A stretch of DNA of 32,000 bases from Mucisphaera calidilacus (GCF_007748075.1 NZ_CP036280.1:150001-182000); one strand, 5' to 3'; numbered from the stretch's first letter, positions 1 through 9,366 are shown. Translations and numbers: made by a program. Notes: generated by a model from the sequence alone, not told the origin.

Positions 1-176
1 GTCCGGAGCGTCACCGTCACCTCGGTGTCCGTGCCCACCAGCGTCAGCGTCGGCGGGCTGTCGTCCGCCGTCAGCTTGATGCAACGCAGCACCGGCTTGG
101 GCGTACGCGCCAACACAACGCCCGATACCGTGTTCAGGGCCTCTACCAGTGCGGCACGATCGCAGATGACTTTCAT
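1..176 (-). CDS. dnaN: DNA polymerase III beta sliding clamp, N-terminal fragment; gene runs off the left edge
   Basis: Not in the ORF track (under 60 aa). Reverse-strand ATG at 176-174 gives MKVICDRAALVEALNTVSGVVLARTPKPVLRCIKLTADDSPPTLTLVGTDTEVTVTLR, a typical DnaN N-terminus. The frame is open to position 1. Confidence 0.75.
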   Translation of the reverse strand, partial: MKVICDRAALVEALNTVSGVVLARTPKPVLRCIKLTADDSPPTLTLVGTDTEVTVTLR

Positions 177-356
177 CGCCAGTCCCTCATAATCTCGTTG
201 AATCAGGAAATTTAGCCGCAACAGCCCCAACCGGCAACAAGGTAAGTCACGCGGACCCAACGCTGATGACCTCCCCACGCCAACTCCGATGATAAATGCG
301 GGATGCGCCATCACCCCGCGCCCGATCCAAGGCAGGCCAGCGAGGAACACCCCCGC

Positions 357-1253
357 ATGAACATGGCGATCGTCAACAACATCTACTACTGCGAGATCGC
401 CAACGTCGGCGACCAGCTCAACCGATGGCTCTGGCACCGCGTCTACCCCTCCATGGACTGGCTGGGCGACCGGCTCTTCCTCGGCGTCGGAACCCTGCTC
501 AACAACCGCGTCCCCCTTGGCATCGGCAAGGTCGTCCTCGGCGCAGGCTGCGGTTATCGGCCCAGCCCCGACATCCACCGCGACCACTGGACCATCGCCG
601 CCGTCCGTGGACCCCTCACCGCTCAACAACTCGGCCTCGACCCCGACCACGCCGTCTCCGACGCCGCCATCCTCACCGCCGACCACTTCCCAACCCACAG
701 CATCCCCAAACAACACAAACGCTCCGTCATCTTCCAGCACCACAGCTACACCTACTGGGACTGGACCGACTTCCTCGAATCCCAAGGCATCCACGTCATC
801 GACCCCGCCTGGGACGTCGAACGCGTCCTCCACGACATCGCCGCCTCCGAGACCGTCGCCGCCGAGGCCATGCACGGCGCCATCCTCGCCGACACCCTCC
901 GCGTCCCCTGGGTCCCCTTCAAAATGTACCCCCAGGTCTACGACTTCAAGTGGCACGACTGGGCCGCCTCCCTCAACCTCACCTACCGGCCCATCGAGTT
1001 CAACCCCCTCTTCCGCGACACCATCGGACACCCCTACCAGGCCCTCAACCGACTCCACCGCATCCCCGGCACCGGTTCCATCCGCAACCACTTCCGCCGA
1101 CGCGCCCAAAAACAACTCCAGAACGCCTTCCTCGAAGGCCTCCGCAACGCTCCGTCCGTTCTGAGCCAGGACGCCGTCTTCGTCGACCGCCTCGGTACCA
1201 TGCGGGACCGGGCCGACCAACTCTCACGACCCTCGTGCCGCGCTGCCGCGTAA
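357..1253 (+). CDS. Polysaccharide pyruvyl (ketal) transferase, ExoV-like
   Basis: Track ORF 303..1253, with preferred start ATG 357 (MNMAIVNNIYYCEIANVGDQLNRWLWHRVYP). The N-terminal NxGDxLN block and overall length resemble ExoV-type PF04230 proteins. The start is uncertain (303, 357 or 363). Confidence 0.65.
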   Translation: MNMAIVNNIYYCEIANVGDQLNRWLWHRVYPSMDWLGDRLFLGVGTLLNNRVPLGIGKVVLGAGCGYRPSPDIHRDHWTIAAVRGPLTAQQLGLDPDHAVSDAAILTADHFPTHSIPKQHKRSVIFQHHSYTYWDWTDFLESQGIHVIDPAWDVERVLHDIAASETVAAEAMHGAILADTLRVPWVPFKMYPQVYDFKWHDWAASLNLTYRPIEFNPLFRDTIGHPYQALNRLHRIPGTGSIRNHFRRRAQKQLQNAFLEGLRNAPSVLSQDAVFVDRLGTMRDRADQLSRPSCRAAA

Positions 1254-1266
1254 GACCCGGAGCAGG

Positions 1267-2673
1267 ATGACCGACCAGCCCGCACAACCCGGCCTCGACG
1301 CCGCCGACCCCTCGTGGTCGCGCCGCTTCAAGGACCGCGTCACCGCGCTCCCCGGCCTCGACCACTTCAAAGGCGGCGGGCTCAAGGCCATGGCCCTCAA
1401 GGGCTCGGTCTGGACCATGGCCGGATTCGGCGCCAGCCAGATCATCCGACTCGCCTCCAATCTCATCCTCACAAGACTCCTCTTCCCCGAGGCCTTCGGC
1501 CTCATGGCACTCGTCACCGTCTTCATGACCGGCCTCCAGATGTTCTCCGACGTCGGCATCGCGCCCGCCATCATCCAGAACCCCCGAGGCGACGACCCCA
1601 AATTCCTCAACACCGCATGGACCATCCAGGTCATCCGCGGCTTCATCCTCTGGGCCTTCGCCTTCGCCATCGCCTACCCCGTCGCCTCCTTCTACGAACA
1701 ACCCCTCCTCGCCCAGATGATCCCCGCCGTCGGCATCACCGCCGCCATCAACGGCTTCCAGTCCACCGCCATCCACACCGCCAGCCGGCACCTCATGCTC
1801 GCACGCGTCACCCTCGTCCAGCTCATCAGCCAGGTCCTTGGCATCACCGTCATGGTCGCATGGGCATGGACCTACCCCACCGTCTGGGCACTCGTCGCCG
1901 GCGGCATCACCACCGCCGTCGCCAACACCGCACTCAGCTTCGCACTCCTGCCCGCGCACCCCCACCGCTTCGCCATCGAACGCGAGTCCCTCAAAGCACT
2001 CACCTCCTTCGGCAAGTGGATCTTCATCAGCACCCTCTTCGGATACTTCGTCAGCCACGGCGACAAGCTCATCCTCGGCATCTACCTCTCGACCGCCGAC
2101 CTGGGCGTCTACAGCATCGCGTCACAACTCGCCATCCTCGTCTGGATGGTCAACGCCAAAATCGTCGAACGCGTCCTCTACCCCGCCTACGCAAAACTCC
2201 AGCACGTCTCCATCGCCGAACTCCGCGAACGCGTCTACCGCATCCGCAAGAGCGTCGCGATGACCCTCTATCCCGTCGGCCTCCTCCTCATTATCTTCGC
2301 TCAGCCCATCATCACCTTCCTCTACGACGACCGCTACCAGCACGCCGGATGGATGCTCCAGATACTCGCCGTAGGACACACACTCACCACCAGCACCAAC
2401 GTCGGACCCTTCTACCTCGCGTGGGGCAAGTCACAGGTCTTCGCCGGACTCGTCATCGTCCGAGGTATCATGCTGCTCTCCGCCATGATGATCGGCGGAT
2501 ACGTCGCGGGCGGCGAAGGCGTGATCGTTGGCGTCGCCGCCGTGCCCCTCATCTACTACCCCGTCCAGGTCGCTATCTACGCACGATACGGACTCTGGAT
2601 CTGGCGCTTCGACCTCGTCATGATCCTCGGCATCACGCTCGCGCTCACACTCGGCTGGGTCCTCTTCCCATGA
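1267..2673 (+). CDS. Oligosaccharide flippase, Wzx / polysaccharide-transport (MOP superfamily) family
   Basis: 468 aa polytopic membrane protein. The N-terminal block GSVWTMAGFGASQIIRLASNLILTRLLFPEAFGLMALV is typical of PST/Wzx flippases. GGAG lies 4 nt upstream of the ATG. Confidence 0.8.
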   Translation: MTDQPAQPGLDAADPSWSRRFKDRVTALPGLDHFKGGGLKAMALKGSVWTMAGFGASQIIRLASNLILTRLLFPEAFGLMALVTVFMTGLQMFSDVGIAPAIIQNPRGDDPKFLNTAWTIQVIRGFILWAFAFAIAYPVASFYEQPLLAQMIPAVGITAAINGFQSTAIHTASRHLMLARVTLVQLISQVLGITVMVAWAWTYPTVWALVAGGITTAVANTALSFALLPAHPHRFAIERESLKALTSFGKWIFISTLFGYFVSHGDKLILGIYLSTADLGVYSIASQLAILVWMVNAKIVERVLYPAYAKLQHVSIAELRERVYRIRKSVAMTLYPVGLLLIIFAQPIITFLYDDRYQHAGWMLQILAVGHTLTTSTNVGPFYLAWGKSQVFAGLVIVRGIMLLSAMMIGGYVAGGEGVIVGVAAVPLIYYPVQVAIYARYGLWIWRFDLVMILGITLALTLGWVLFP

Positions 2674-3941
2674 CCAGGATCCTCATCGAGCAAAGCGGCT
2701 ACGGGCTTGGCAACGCCGGCGACGTCGCCATGCTCCTCTCACTGACCCAACGCATCCGCCGCAGCCGACCCGATATCCAACTCTCCGTCCTCACCGACAA
2801 CCCCGAACGACTCACACGCATCATCCCCAACACCACCCCCGTCGACCCGCAGCACAAAGGATTCCTCACCCAGGACTGGTGCCTCCTCGGCGCTCTCCAA
2901 CGAGTCCTGCCCGACGCGTGGAAGCCGCACCTGCTCCGGCTCGAACGAAAAACCTGCTCCTACGCACCACGCCGGGCCGCGGCATGTGTCGACGCAAGAC
3001 CCAAGAAACGCCCCCTCAACCCCACCGCCCGGCAGACCATCGACTGGCTCGACAGCTTCGACGGACTCATCGTCAGCGGCGGCGGATTCCTCACCGACGT
3101 CTTCAAGCGACACGGACAACTCGTGCTCCTGCTCGCCGCCGTCATGCACCGCCTCGGTAAACCCGTCGCCATGCTCGGACAGGGCATCGGACCCGCAGAC
3201 GACCCCCAACTCCGTAGCGACCTCCAACACACCCTCCCACGCGTCGATGTCCTCGGCCTGCGTGAGGGCGCTCACGGCCCCCGACTCCTCAACGAACTCC
3301 GCGTCCCTCAACACGCCGTCACCGTTACGGGCGACGAGGCCCTACCACTCGTCCGCGACAGCATCGACCCCAACGCCACCAGCCGCGGCGCCATCGGCAT
3401 CAACATCCGGGCCGCCAGCTACGCAGGACTCCACGAGTCACCCGTCCCGCAGCACGTCGCCGACGCAGCACAACAACTCGGCCGCGACCTCCAGCCCCTG
3501 CCGATCTCCTGGAACCACGACGACAACGACATCACGCCCCTGAAGCACCTCCTCCCACAGCACCTCTGCGACGAGATCCGAGAACCCCTGTCGCCCACGC
3601 AGATCGTCCGCCTCGCCGGCCGCTGCGACCTCACCGTCACCGGCAGCTACCACGCCGCACTCTTCTCGCTCGCGCAGGGCATACCCGTCATCGGCATCGC
3701 CGCCAATGCCTACTACCAGTACAAGTTCCAGGGACTCGCCGAACGCTTCGACCCCCGCAACGTCACCATCATCAACCCCAACGAAATACGCTCCGCCGAC
3801 GACATGCTCGCCCTCTGCCGCAGAGCACTCGACATCGACGACGACCGGCGTGCCGACCTGCGACAACGAGCAACCCTGCAGGCACAAGCCGTCTGCGACA
3901 CCGGCGAGAAAGCACTCGCCGCCTACCCCAAACCAGCATGA
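2670..3941 (+). CDS. Polysaccharide pyruvyl transferase family protein (WcaK/CsaB-like)
   Basis: In-frame ATG 2670 overlaps the flippase stop (ATGA). Conserved blocks are MTRILIEQSGYGLGNAGDVAML, LIVSGGGFLTD and TGSYHAALFSLAQGIPVIGI, as in PF04230. The upstream part of track ORF 1314..3941 is an out-of-frame artefact. Confidence 0.7.
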   Translation: MTRILIEQSGYGLGNAGDVAMLLSLTQRIRRSRPDIQLSVLTDNPERLTRIIPNTTPVDPQHKGFLTQDWCLLGALQRVLPDAWKPHLLRLERKTCSYAPRRAAACVDARPKKRPLNPTARQTIDWLDSFDGLIVSGGGFLTDVFKRHGQLVLLLAAVMHRLGKPVAMLGQGIGPADDPQLRSDLQHTLPRVDVLGLREGAHGPRLLNELRVPQHAVTVTGDEALPLVRDSIDPNATSRGAIGINIRAASYAGLHESPVPQHVADAAQQLGRDLQPLPISWNHDDNDITPLKHLLPQHLCDEIREPLSPTQIVRLAGRCDLTVTGSYHAALFSLAQGIPVIGIAANAYYQYKFQGLAERFDPRNVTIINPNEIRSADDMLALCRRALDIDDDRRADLRQRATLQAQAVCDTGEKALAAYPKPA

Positions 3942-4843
3942 ACATCACCGTCCTCCTGCCCGTGTACAACGCCCAACGCTACCTCGACGCAGCGGTCAGC
4001 AGCATCCGCGCGCAGACCCACCAGAGCTTCAACCTCATCGCACTCGACGACGGCTCCACCGACCACTCCCTCGACATCCTCAAACAACACGCCCGTGAAG
4101 ACGACCGCGTCACCGTCATTACACGCGAGAACCGCGGACTCATCGCAACTCTCAACGAGATGGTCGACCACGCCGACACCGAGTTCCTCGCACGCATGGA
4201 CGCCGACGACATCGCCACACCCGACCGCTTCGAGCAGCAACTCAACACCCTCCGCAACGACAACGGCCTCGTTGCACTCGGAACCGACATCCGCATTATC
4301 GACCCGCACGATCGAATCCTCACCCACTTCAAACTCCCACGCGACCACGACGCCATCGACAACGCCAACCTCCAAGGCGGCGGACTCAACATCTGCCACC
4401 CCGTCGTCATGATGCGCACCGACGCCGTCCGGCAGGTCGGCGGATACCACAACGACTACCCCCATGCCGAGGACACCGACATCTTCCTCCGACTCGCCGA
4501 GGCCGGGAAACTCGCCAACCTCGAACACGTCGGCCTCCACTACCGCGTCCACCCCCAGAGCGTCGGCTACACCCACCGCAAGCAACAACTCCAGTCCGCA
4601 CGCAAGGCCGCCATCGACGCCTGCACACGACGCAACATCCAGCCGCACCCCTCACTCACGAACCAGAACACACCCGACGAACAACCCGCCTCACCCGCCG
4701 ACATCTACCGGCGATGGGGGTGGTGGGCACTACGCGACCAGCACCTCAAAACCGCACGACACTACGCCCTCAAGGCCACACGCCACGACCCGCTCTCCCG
4801 CGAATCCTGGCGACTCCTCGCCTGCGCCCTCCGAGGACACTGA
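3938..4843 (+). CDS. Glycosyltransferase family 2
   Basis: MNITVLLPVYNAQRYLDAAVSSIRAQTHQSFNLIALDDGSTDHS followed by an RMDADD motif, the classic GT-A/GT2 N-terminus. The start overlaps the upstream stop (ATGA). Confidence 0.85.
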   Translation: MNITVLLPVYNAQRYLDAAVSSIRAQTHQSFNLIALDDGSTDHSLDILKQHAREDDRVTVITRENRGLIATLNEMVDHADTEFLARMDADDIATPDRFEQQLNTLRNDNGLVALGTDIRIIDPHDRILTHFKLPRDHDAIDNANLQGGGLNICHPVVMMRTDAVRQVGGYHNDYPHAEDTDIFLRLAEAGKLANLEHVGLHYRVHPQSVGYTHRKQQLQSARKAAIDACTRRNIQPHPSLTNQNTPDEQPASPADIYRRWGWWALRDQHLKTARHYALKATRHDPLSRESWRLLACALRGH

Positions 4844-4847
4844 CACC

Positions 4848-5924
4848 GTGAAGCCCCTACGCATCACCTTCCTCCTCCCCCACGCCGGACTCTCAGGCGG
4901 CATCCGCGTCGTCGCCATCTACGCCCAGCACCTCCAACAACGCGGGCATAGCGTCACCATCGTCTCCACGCCCCTGCCCACACCAACGCTCAAGCAACGC
5001 CTCGCCGCCGCCTGCCGCGGCCACTGGCTCCCCCGCAAAACACCCCACGGCCCCTCCCACCTCGATAACCTCGACCTCGACTGGCGCATCCTCGACACCC
5101 TCCGCCCCATCACCAACAAAGACGTCCCCGACGCCGACGTCGTCGTCGCCACCTGGTGGGAAACCGCCGATTGGATGATGAACCTCCACCCCGACAAGGG
5201 CACACCCGTCTACTTCTGCCAGGGATTCAAGGAAACCGACAGCCCCGGACTCGAAGCCACCTACCACCTGCCAATCCCCAAAATCACCGTCTCCCAGTGG
5301 GTCGCCGACAACCTCCGAAGCATCAACAACGATCACCCCATCACCATCATCCCCAACGCCGTCGATACCCAACGCTTCGCCCGCAACACCAGCACCCCAC
5401 GAAACCCCCTGCAACTCGGCATGGTCTACGCGCACGTCAGCATCAAGGGCTGCGACATCGCCCTCGACGCCTGCGAACGCGTCCGCCGGTCCGGACTGCC
5501 CGTCACGCTCACCACCTTCGGCAACGATCGCATCGATCCCGACACCATCCAACCCTGGCAAACACACACCACCCAGCCGCCGCAGCAGGACATCCCATCC
5601 CTCTACGCCGCCTCACACGCCTGGCTTTTCCCCTCCCGCGCCGAGGGCTTCGGCCTCCCCATACTCGAGGCCATGGCATGCAGAACCCCCGTCATCGGCA
5701 CACCCGCCGGGGCCGCGCCCGAACTCATCGGCCAAGGCGGCGGGATCCTCGTCCCCCACGAAGACCCCCAGGCTATGGCCGACGCCATCCTCAGAATCTG
5801 CAACATGCCCGACCACGAATGGCAGGCCATGGCCGACGCCGCCTACCAGACCGCCACCAGCTACACCTGGGACGACGCCACCGACCGATTCGAGCAGGCC
5901 CTCGCCACGGCCGCCCGCTCCTGA
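4848..5924 (+). CDS. Glycosyltransferase family 4 (GT-B, group 1)
   Basis: GTG 4848 lies 4 nt after the GT2 stop. The N-terminus VKPLRITFLLPHAGLSGGIRVVAIYAQHLQQRGHSVTIV and the C-terminal FPSRAEGFGLPILEAMACRTPVIGT (E-x7-E block) fit GT4. The upstream part of track ORF 4464..5924 overlaps GT2 out of frame. Confidence 0.85.
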   Translation: MKPLRITFLLPHAGLSGGIRVVAIYAQHLQQRGHSVTIVSTPLPTPTLKQRLAAACRGHWLPRKTPHGPSHLDNLDLDWRILDTLRPITNKDVPDADVVVATWWETADWMMNLHPDKGTPVYFCQGFKETDSPGLEATYHLPIPKITVSQWVADNLRSINNDHPITIIPNAVDTQRFARNTSTPRNPLQLGMVYAHVSIKGCDIALDACERVRRSGLPVTLTTFGNDRIDPDTIQPWQTHTTQPPQQDIPSLYAASHAWLFPSRAEGFGLPILEAMACRTPVIGTPAGAAPELIGQGGGILVPHEDPQAMADAILRICNMPDHEWQAMADAAYQTATSYTWDDATDRFEQALATAARS

Positions 5925-5929
5925 CCCCC

Positions 5930-5958
5930 TTGCATCGCCACGCAAACCCCGCTAAACT
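5930..5958 (+). promoter_or_regulatory. Candidate sigma70-type promoter for rpmI-rplT
   Basis: TTGCAT (5930-5935), a 17-nt spacer, then TAAACT (5953-5958), about 33 nt before the rpmI ATG. It overlaps a 7-bp inverted repeat, GCCACGC 5937-5943 / GCGTGGC 5959-5965. Confidence 0.3.
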
Positions 5959-5990
5959 GCGTGGCTCGCTACACAAGCAAGGGAACCGGT

Positions 5991-6266
5991 ATGCCCAAGC
6001 AGAAGACACACAAAGGCCTGCTCAAACGCGTCCGCGTCACCGCACGCGGCAAAGTGAAGTTCCGCAAGGTCGGCACCAGCCACCTCAACTCCGGACTCAC
6101 AGGCCAGAAGATGCGCGACCTCCGACAGCCCGCCTACGCCAAGAAAGGCGACGTCAAGAAGCTCTCACGCATGCTCATGACACGCATCCGGTCCACCGAG
6201 TACATCGCACGGCTCGACGCCGAACGCGAAAACGCCGAAACCGACAAGAACGGTCAGAGCAACTAA
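5991..6266 (+). CDS. rpmI: 50S ribosomal protein L35
   Basis: MPKQKTHKGLLKRVRVTARGKVKFRKVGTSHL is the canonical L35 N-terminus. It carries about 25 extra C-terminal residues (RIRSTEYIARLDAERENAETDKNGQSN). Confidence 0.9.
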   Translation: MPKQKTHKGLLKRVRVTARGKVKFRKVGTSHLNSGLTGQKMRDLRQPAYAKKGDVKKLSRMLMTRIRSTEYIARLDAERENAETDKNGQSN

Positions 6267-6313
6267 ATCACTGATATCGCGGCACTTGCCGCCTTTTCAC
6301 GACGGAGCTGAAC

Positions 6314-6691
6314 ATGCCACGCGCTGCCAAGGGTGCCGCCCGCCGACAGTCCAAAGTCCGCTGGTTCAAGAAAGCCAAGGGCAACCGCGGCGCACGCCGC
6401 ACGCAGTGGGGCCGCATCAAGGAGACCGTCTACCGCGCAGGCGTCTACGCCTACGAGCACCGGCGTCTGGTCAAACGCGACTACCGCAAACTCTGGATCC
6501 TCCGCGTCTCCGCGGCCTGCAAGATGCGTGGCATCAACTACTCACGCTTCATCCACGGCCTCAAACTCGCCAACATCATCATCAACCGCAAGATGCTCAG
6601 CGAGATCGCCATCGCCGACCCCCAGGGATTCGACCTCATCGTCGAACAGGCCAAGGCAGCAATCGAAGCCGACGCCAAACAGGCCGCCTGA
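6314..6691 (+). CDS. rplT: 50S ribosomal protein L20
   Basis: MPRAAKGAARRQSKVRWFKKAKGNRGARR...YAYEHRRLVKRDYRKLWILRVSAACKMRGINYSRFIHGLK is canonical L20. ACGGAG lies upstream of the ATG. Confidence 0.95.
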   Translation: MPRAAKGAARRQSKVRWFKKAKGNRGARRTQWGRIKETVYRAGVYAYEHRRLVKRDYRKLWILRVSAACKMRGINYSRFIHGLKLANIIINRKMLSEIAIADPQGFDLIVEQAKAAIEADAKQAA

Positions 6692-6789
6692 CCCCAACGG
6701 TTCCCGACGCCTCGAACAACCGCTTTCCGGGAACCCAACCGAATCGGTCGATAGTGCTCTGTCGACACGTCTGTTAGGAGGACGATCCC

Positions 6790-7512
6790 ATGAACAACAT
6801 CGACGCCCTCGAACGCGGATTCCACGCCGATACCTGGCGCATGTTCCGCATCATCTCCGAATTCGTCGACGGCTTCGAGGTCATGTCCGAGGTCGGACCC
6901 GCCGTCACCGTCTTCGGGTCCGCACGTACCCCCGAATCCGACCCCATGTACACCCGCGCCGTCGAGATCGGGCACAAAATCTGCGACCAGAAACTCGCCG
7001 TCATCACCGGAGGCGGGCCGGGCATCATGGAAGCCGCCAACCGCGGCGCCCACGAATCAGGCGGCGTCTCCGTCGGACTCAACATCGCACTCCCCCTCGA
7101 ACAGGCACCCAACCCCTACCAGACCCACGAGCTCAACTTCCGCTACTTCTTCGTCCGCAAAGTCATGTTCGTCAAGTACGCCTGCGGCATCGTCCTCTTC
7201 CCGGGCGGCTTCGGAACCATGGACGAGTTCTTCGAAACCCTCACCCTCGTTCAGACCGAAAAAATCCGACGCATCCCCATCGTCTGCTTCGGCACCGACT
7301 TCTGGTCCGGACTCATCGACTGGATGAAGCAGACCATGCTCGAACGATTCGAGACCATCAGCCCCGAAGACCTCGACCTCTTCCACCTCACCGACGACGT
7401 CGACGACGCCGTCCGACACGTCATGTCCAGCTACGACCGCGACGAGTGGATCGAGAAACACAAGGCCGGACTCCCCACCGACCTCACCACCGACCACCGA
7501 CGATTCCAGTAA
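6790..7512 (+). CDS. LOG family protein (TIGR00730-type, cytokinin riboside 5'-monophosphate phosphoribohydrolase-like)
   Basis: Signatures VFGSARTP, ITGGGPGIMEAANRGA and FPGGFGTMDEFFE (PGGxGTxxE). AGGAGGA lies 7 nt upstream of the ATG. Confidence 0.85.
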   Translation: MNNIDALERGFHADTWRMFRIISEFVDGFEVMSEVGPAVTVFGSARTPESDPMYTRAVEIGHKICDQKLAVITGGGPGIMEAANRGAHESGGVSVGLNIALPLEQAPNPYQTHELNFRYFFVRKVMFVKYACGIVLFPGGFGTMDEFFETLTLVQTEKIRRIPIVCFGTDFWSGLIDWMKQTMLERFETISPEDLDLFHLTDDVDDAVRHVMSSYDRDEWIEKHKAGLPTDLTTDHRRFQ

Positions 7513-7532
7513 GCTCCCGCCGGAGGACCACC

Positions 7533-8324
7533 ATGAGCACCACCGGCGAAGAACTCATCTCAACCAACCGACGACACGACGTCATCCTCTTCGACGTCGA
7601 CGGCTGCCTCGTCGCCGAACACACCGAAATCCTCAACATCCCCGCGCTCGCCAGAGTCGCCGAGTACAACAGAATCGCCATCGAGCAACGCGACCGACCC
7701 GAGATCACCCTCTGCACCGGACGACCCCAGCCCTTCGCCGAGTGCATGACCCGACTCCTCGGCAATCTCGACCTGCCCATCATCTGCGAGAACGGCGTCT
7801 ACCTCTTCCACCCGCGCGAACACCGCTACGACATGGACCCCGCCATCACCGACGACCACATCACCGCCATCGAAGATGCCAAGCACTGGGTCCTCCACAC
7901 CTTCGCCAAGGACGGACTCACCATCCAGCCCGGCAAAGAAGCCTCCTTCTCCCCCTACCACGCCCACCCGCCCGCACTCGACCCCATGATCCCACGCATC
8001 CGCGAGGAAGCCGAGAAACGCGGCTGGCCCATCCGCGTCTCGCGATCCTGGAACTACATCAACTGCGACCTCCAGCACATCTCCAAACGCACCGGCATCG
8101 CACGCTTCTTCGACGCCACCGGACTCCGACACGACCGCGCCGCAGGCGTAGGCGACACCCTGGGCGACACCGCCATCGCCGAGGCCGTCGACTGGTTCGC
8201 CTGCCCCAACAACGCCGACCCCAAACTCAAAGAACACGCCCACTTTGTCGCCCGACAGGACGAGATCCTCGGATCCCTTGAAATCCTCGAAGAACTCGAG
8301 CAACGCGAACCGCAAAGGCACTGA
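7533..8324 (+). CDS. HAD-superfamily hydrolase (subfamily IIB/Cof-like)
   Basis: In-frame ATG 7533 is preceded by GGAGGA (7522-7527). Motif I is DVILFDVDGCLV and the late motif is GVGDTLGDTAIAEAVDWFACPNNA. The upstream 400 codons of track ORF 6333..8324 are an artefact overlapping rplT and LOG. Confidence 0.7.
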   Translation: MSTTGEELISTNRRHDVILFDVDGCLVAEHTEILNIPALARVAEYNRIAIEQRDRPEITLCTGRPQPFAECMTRLLGNLDLPIICENGVYLFHPREHRYDMDPAITDDHITAIEDAKHWVLHTFAKDGLTIQPGKEASFSPYHAHPPALDPMIPRIREEAEKRGWPIRVSRSWNYINCDLQHISKRTGIARFFDATGLRHDRAAGVGDTLGDTAIAEAVDWFACPNNADPKLKEHAHFVARQDEILGSLEILEELEQREPQRH

Positions 8325-8326
8325 GC

Positions 8327-9352
8327 ATGACCAACCGATGGACCCCCGAGCAGGCACAGAACTGGGCCGATCAACACCCTTGGTACTGCGGCGCTAACTT
8401 CTACCCCTCCACCGCCATCAACCAACTTGAGATGTGGCGGGCCGAAACCTTCGACCCCGTGACCATCGACCGCGAACTCGGCTGGGCCGCCGAACTCGGC
8501 ATGAACCTCATGCGCGTCTACCTCCACGACCTGCTCCACCTCCACGACGCCGAGGGCCTCAAGCAACGCGTCGACGCCTACCTCGCCATCGCCCACAAGC
8601 ATGGCATCGACACCATGCTCACCCTCTTCGACGACTGCCATCGCAAAGACTTCGCCTGGGGCACCCAGCCCGAACCCGTCCCCTTCAAGCACAACTCCGG
8701 CTGGGCCCAGTCCCCCGGCCAGGCCGTCCTCGCCGACAACACCCAGTGGACCCGCCTCCAGGACTACGTCCTCGACGTCCTCGATCAATTCAAGGACGAC
8801 CCCCGCGTCGCCCTCTGGGACCTCTACAACGAACCGGGCAACAGCCCCTTCTTCCAGGATCAGGACAAGGCCTACTCCCTCGAACCCACCCTCGACCTGC
8901 TCCAGCGAACCTTCGCCTGGGCACGCTCGATCGAACTCACCCAGCCGATCACCGCCGGCGTCTTCACCTTCTCCGACGAGTTCAAAGCCCTCAACGACTG
9001 CCAGCTCGACAACTCCGACATCATCTCCTTCCACAGCTACGACCCGCCCGAACAGCTCCTCACCATGATCGAACGCCTCCAGGCCCACGGCCGGCCGCTC
9101 GTCTGCTCCGAGTACATGGCTCGGACCCGAGGCAGCACCTTCCAGCACTGCCTGCCCCTCCTCCGCCGGCACAACGTCGCCGCCATCAACTGGGGCCTGG
9201 TCGCCGGCAAGTCAGGCACCATCTACCCCTGGGGCTGGGACGCTTCCAAGGGCGAACCCTACCTCTGCTTCCACGACGTCTTCCGCCCCGACGGCTCCAT
9301 GCTCTACCCCGAAGAACGCCAGGCCATCACCAGCGTGACCCAGCCGGGATGA
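8327..9352 (+). CDS. Glycoside hydrolase, GH5-like TIM barrel (cellulase/xylanase-like)
   Basis: ALWDLYNEPGN (acid/base NEP motif) and LVCSEYMA (candidate nucleophile Glu). No signal peptide is visible. The start lies 2 nt after the HAD stop. Confidence 0.65.
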   Translation: MTNRWTPEQAQNWADQHPWYCGANFYPSTAINQLEMWRAETFDPVTIDRELGWAAELGMNLMRVYLHDLLHLHDAEGLKQRVDAYLAIAHKHGIDTMLTLFDDCHRKDFAWGTQPEPVPFKHNSGWAQSPGQAVLADNTQWTRLQDYVLDVLDQFKDDPRVALWDLYNEPGNSPFFQDQDKAYSLEPTLDLLQRTFAWARSIELTQPITAGVFTFSDEFKALNDCQLDNSDIISFHSYDPPEQLLTMIERLQAHGRPLVCSEYMARTRGSTFQHCLPLLRRHNVAAINWGLVAGKSGTIYPWGWDASKGEPYLCFHDVFRPDGSMLYPEERQAITSVTQPG

Positions 9353-9366
9353 TGAATCTCACTCTC

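Noticed and set aside
177-356. dnaN upstream region as a possible oriC or DnaA-box cluster
   Set aside because: By eye I found no TTATCCACA or TTGTCCACA-like 9-mers and no dnaA gene. The region simply separates divergent dnaN and the EPS module.
296-2058. Overlapping track ORFs 296..1270 (+), 517..1164 (+), 1045..2058 (-) and 1224..1670 (-)
   Set aside because: They are low-complexity (P/R/S/T or G/D/E/A runs), have no family resemblance, and lie in alternative frames or antisense to the ExoV-like and flippase genes. They are skew artefacts.
1314-2669. N-terminal ~450 codons of the 875-aa track ORF 1314..3941
   Set aside because: It is a Pro/Arg/His-rich low-complexity translation, out of frame over the well-supported flippase gene. 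The real gene starts at ATG 2670. It is a product of the extreme C-richness of this strand.
6279-6297. Mini hairpin GCGGC-ACTT-GCCGC plus CTTTTC between rpmI and rplT as an attenuator
   Set aside because: The stem is only 5 bp and lies ~17 nt from the rplT start. It is too weak to call and is more likely incidental.
6699-6735. 8-bp inverted repeat GGTTCCCG / CGGGAACC after rplT as a terminator
   Set aside because: It has a 21-nt loop and no U-tract. It may still matter for mRNA stability, but I cannot support a terminator call.
6333-7532. Upstream 400 codons of the 663-aa track ORF 6333..8324
   Set aside because: This Arg/Pro-rich nonsense overlaps rplT and the LOG gene in other frames. The HAD protein begins at ATG 7533, which has a strong GGAGGA site.
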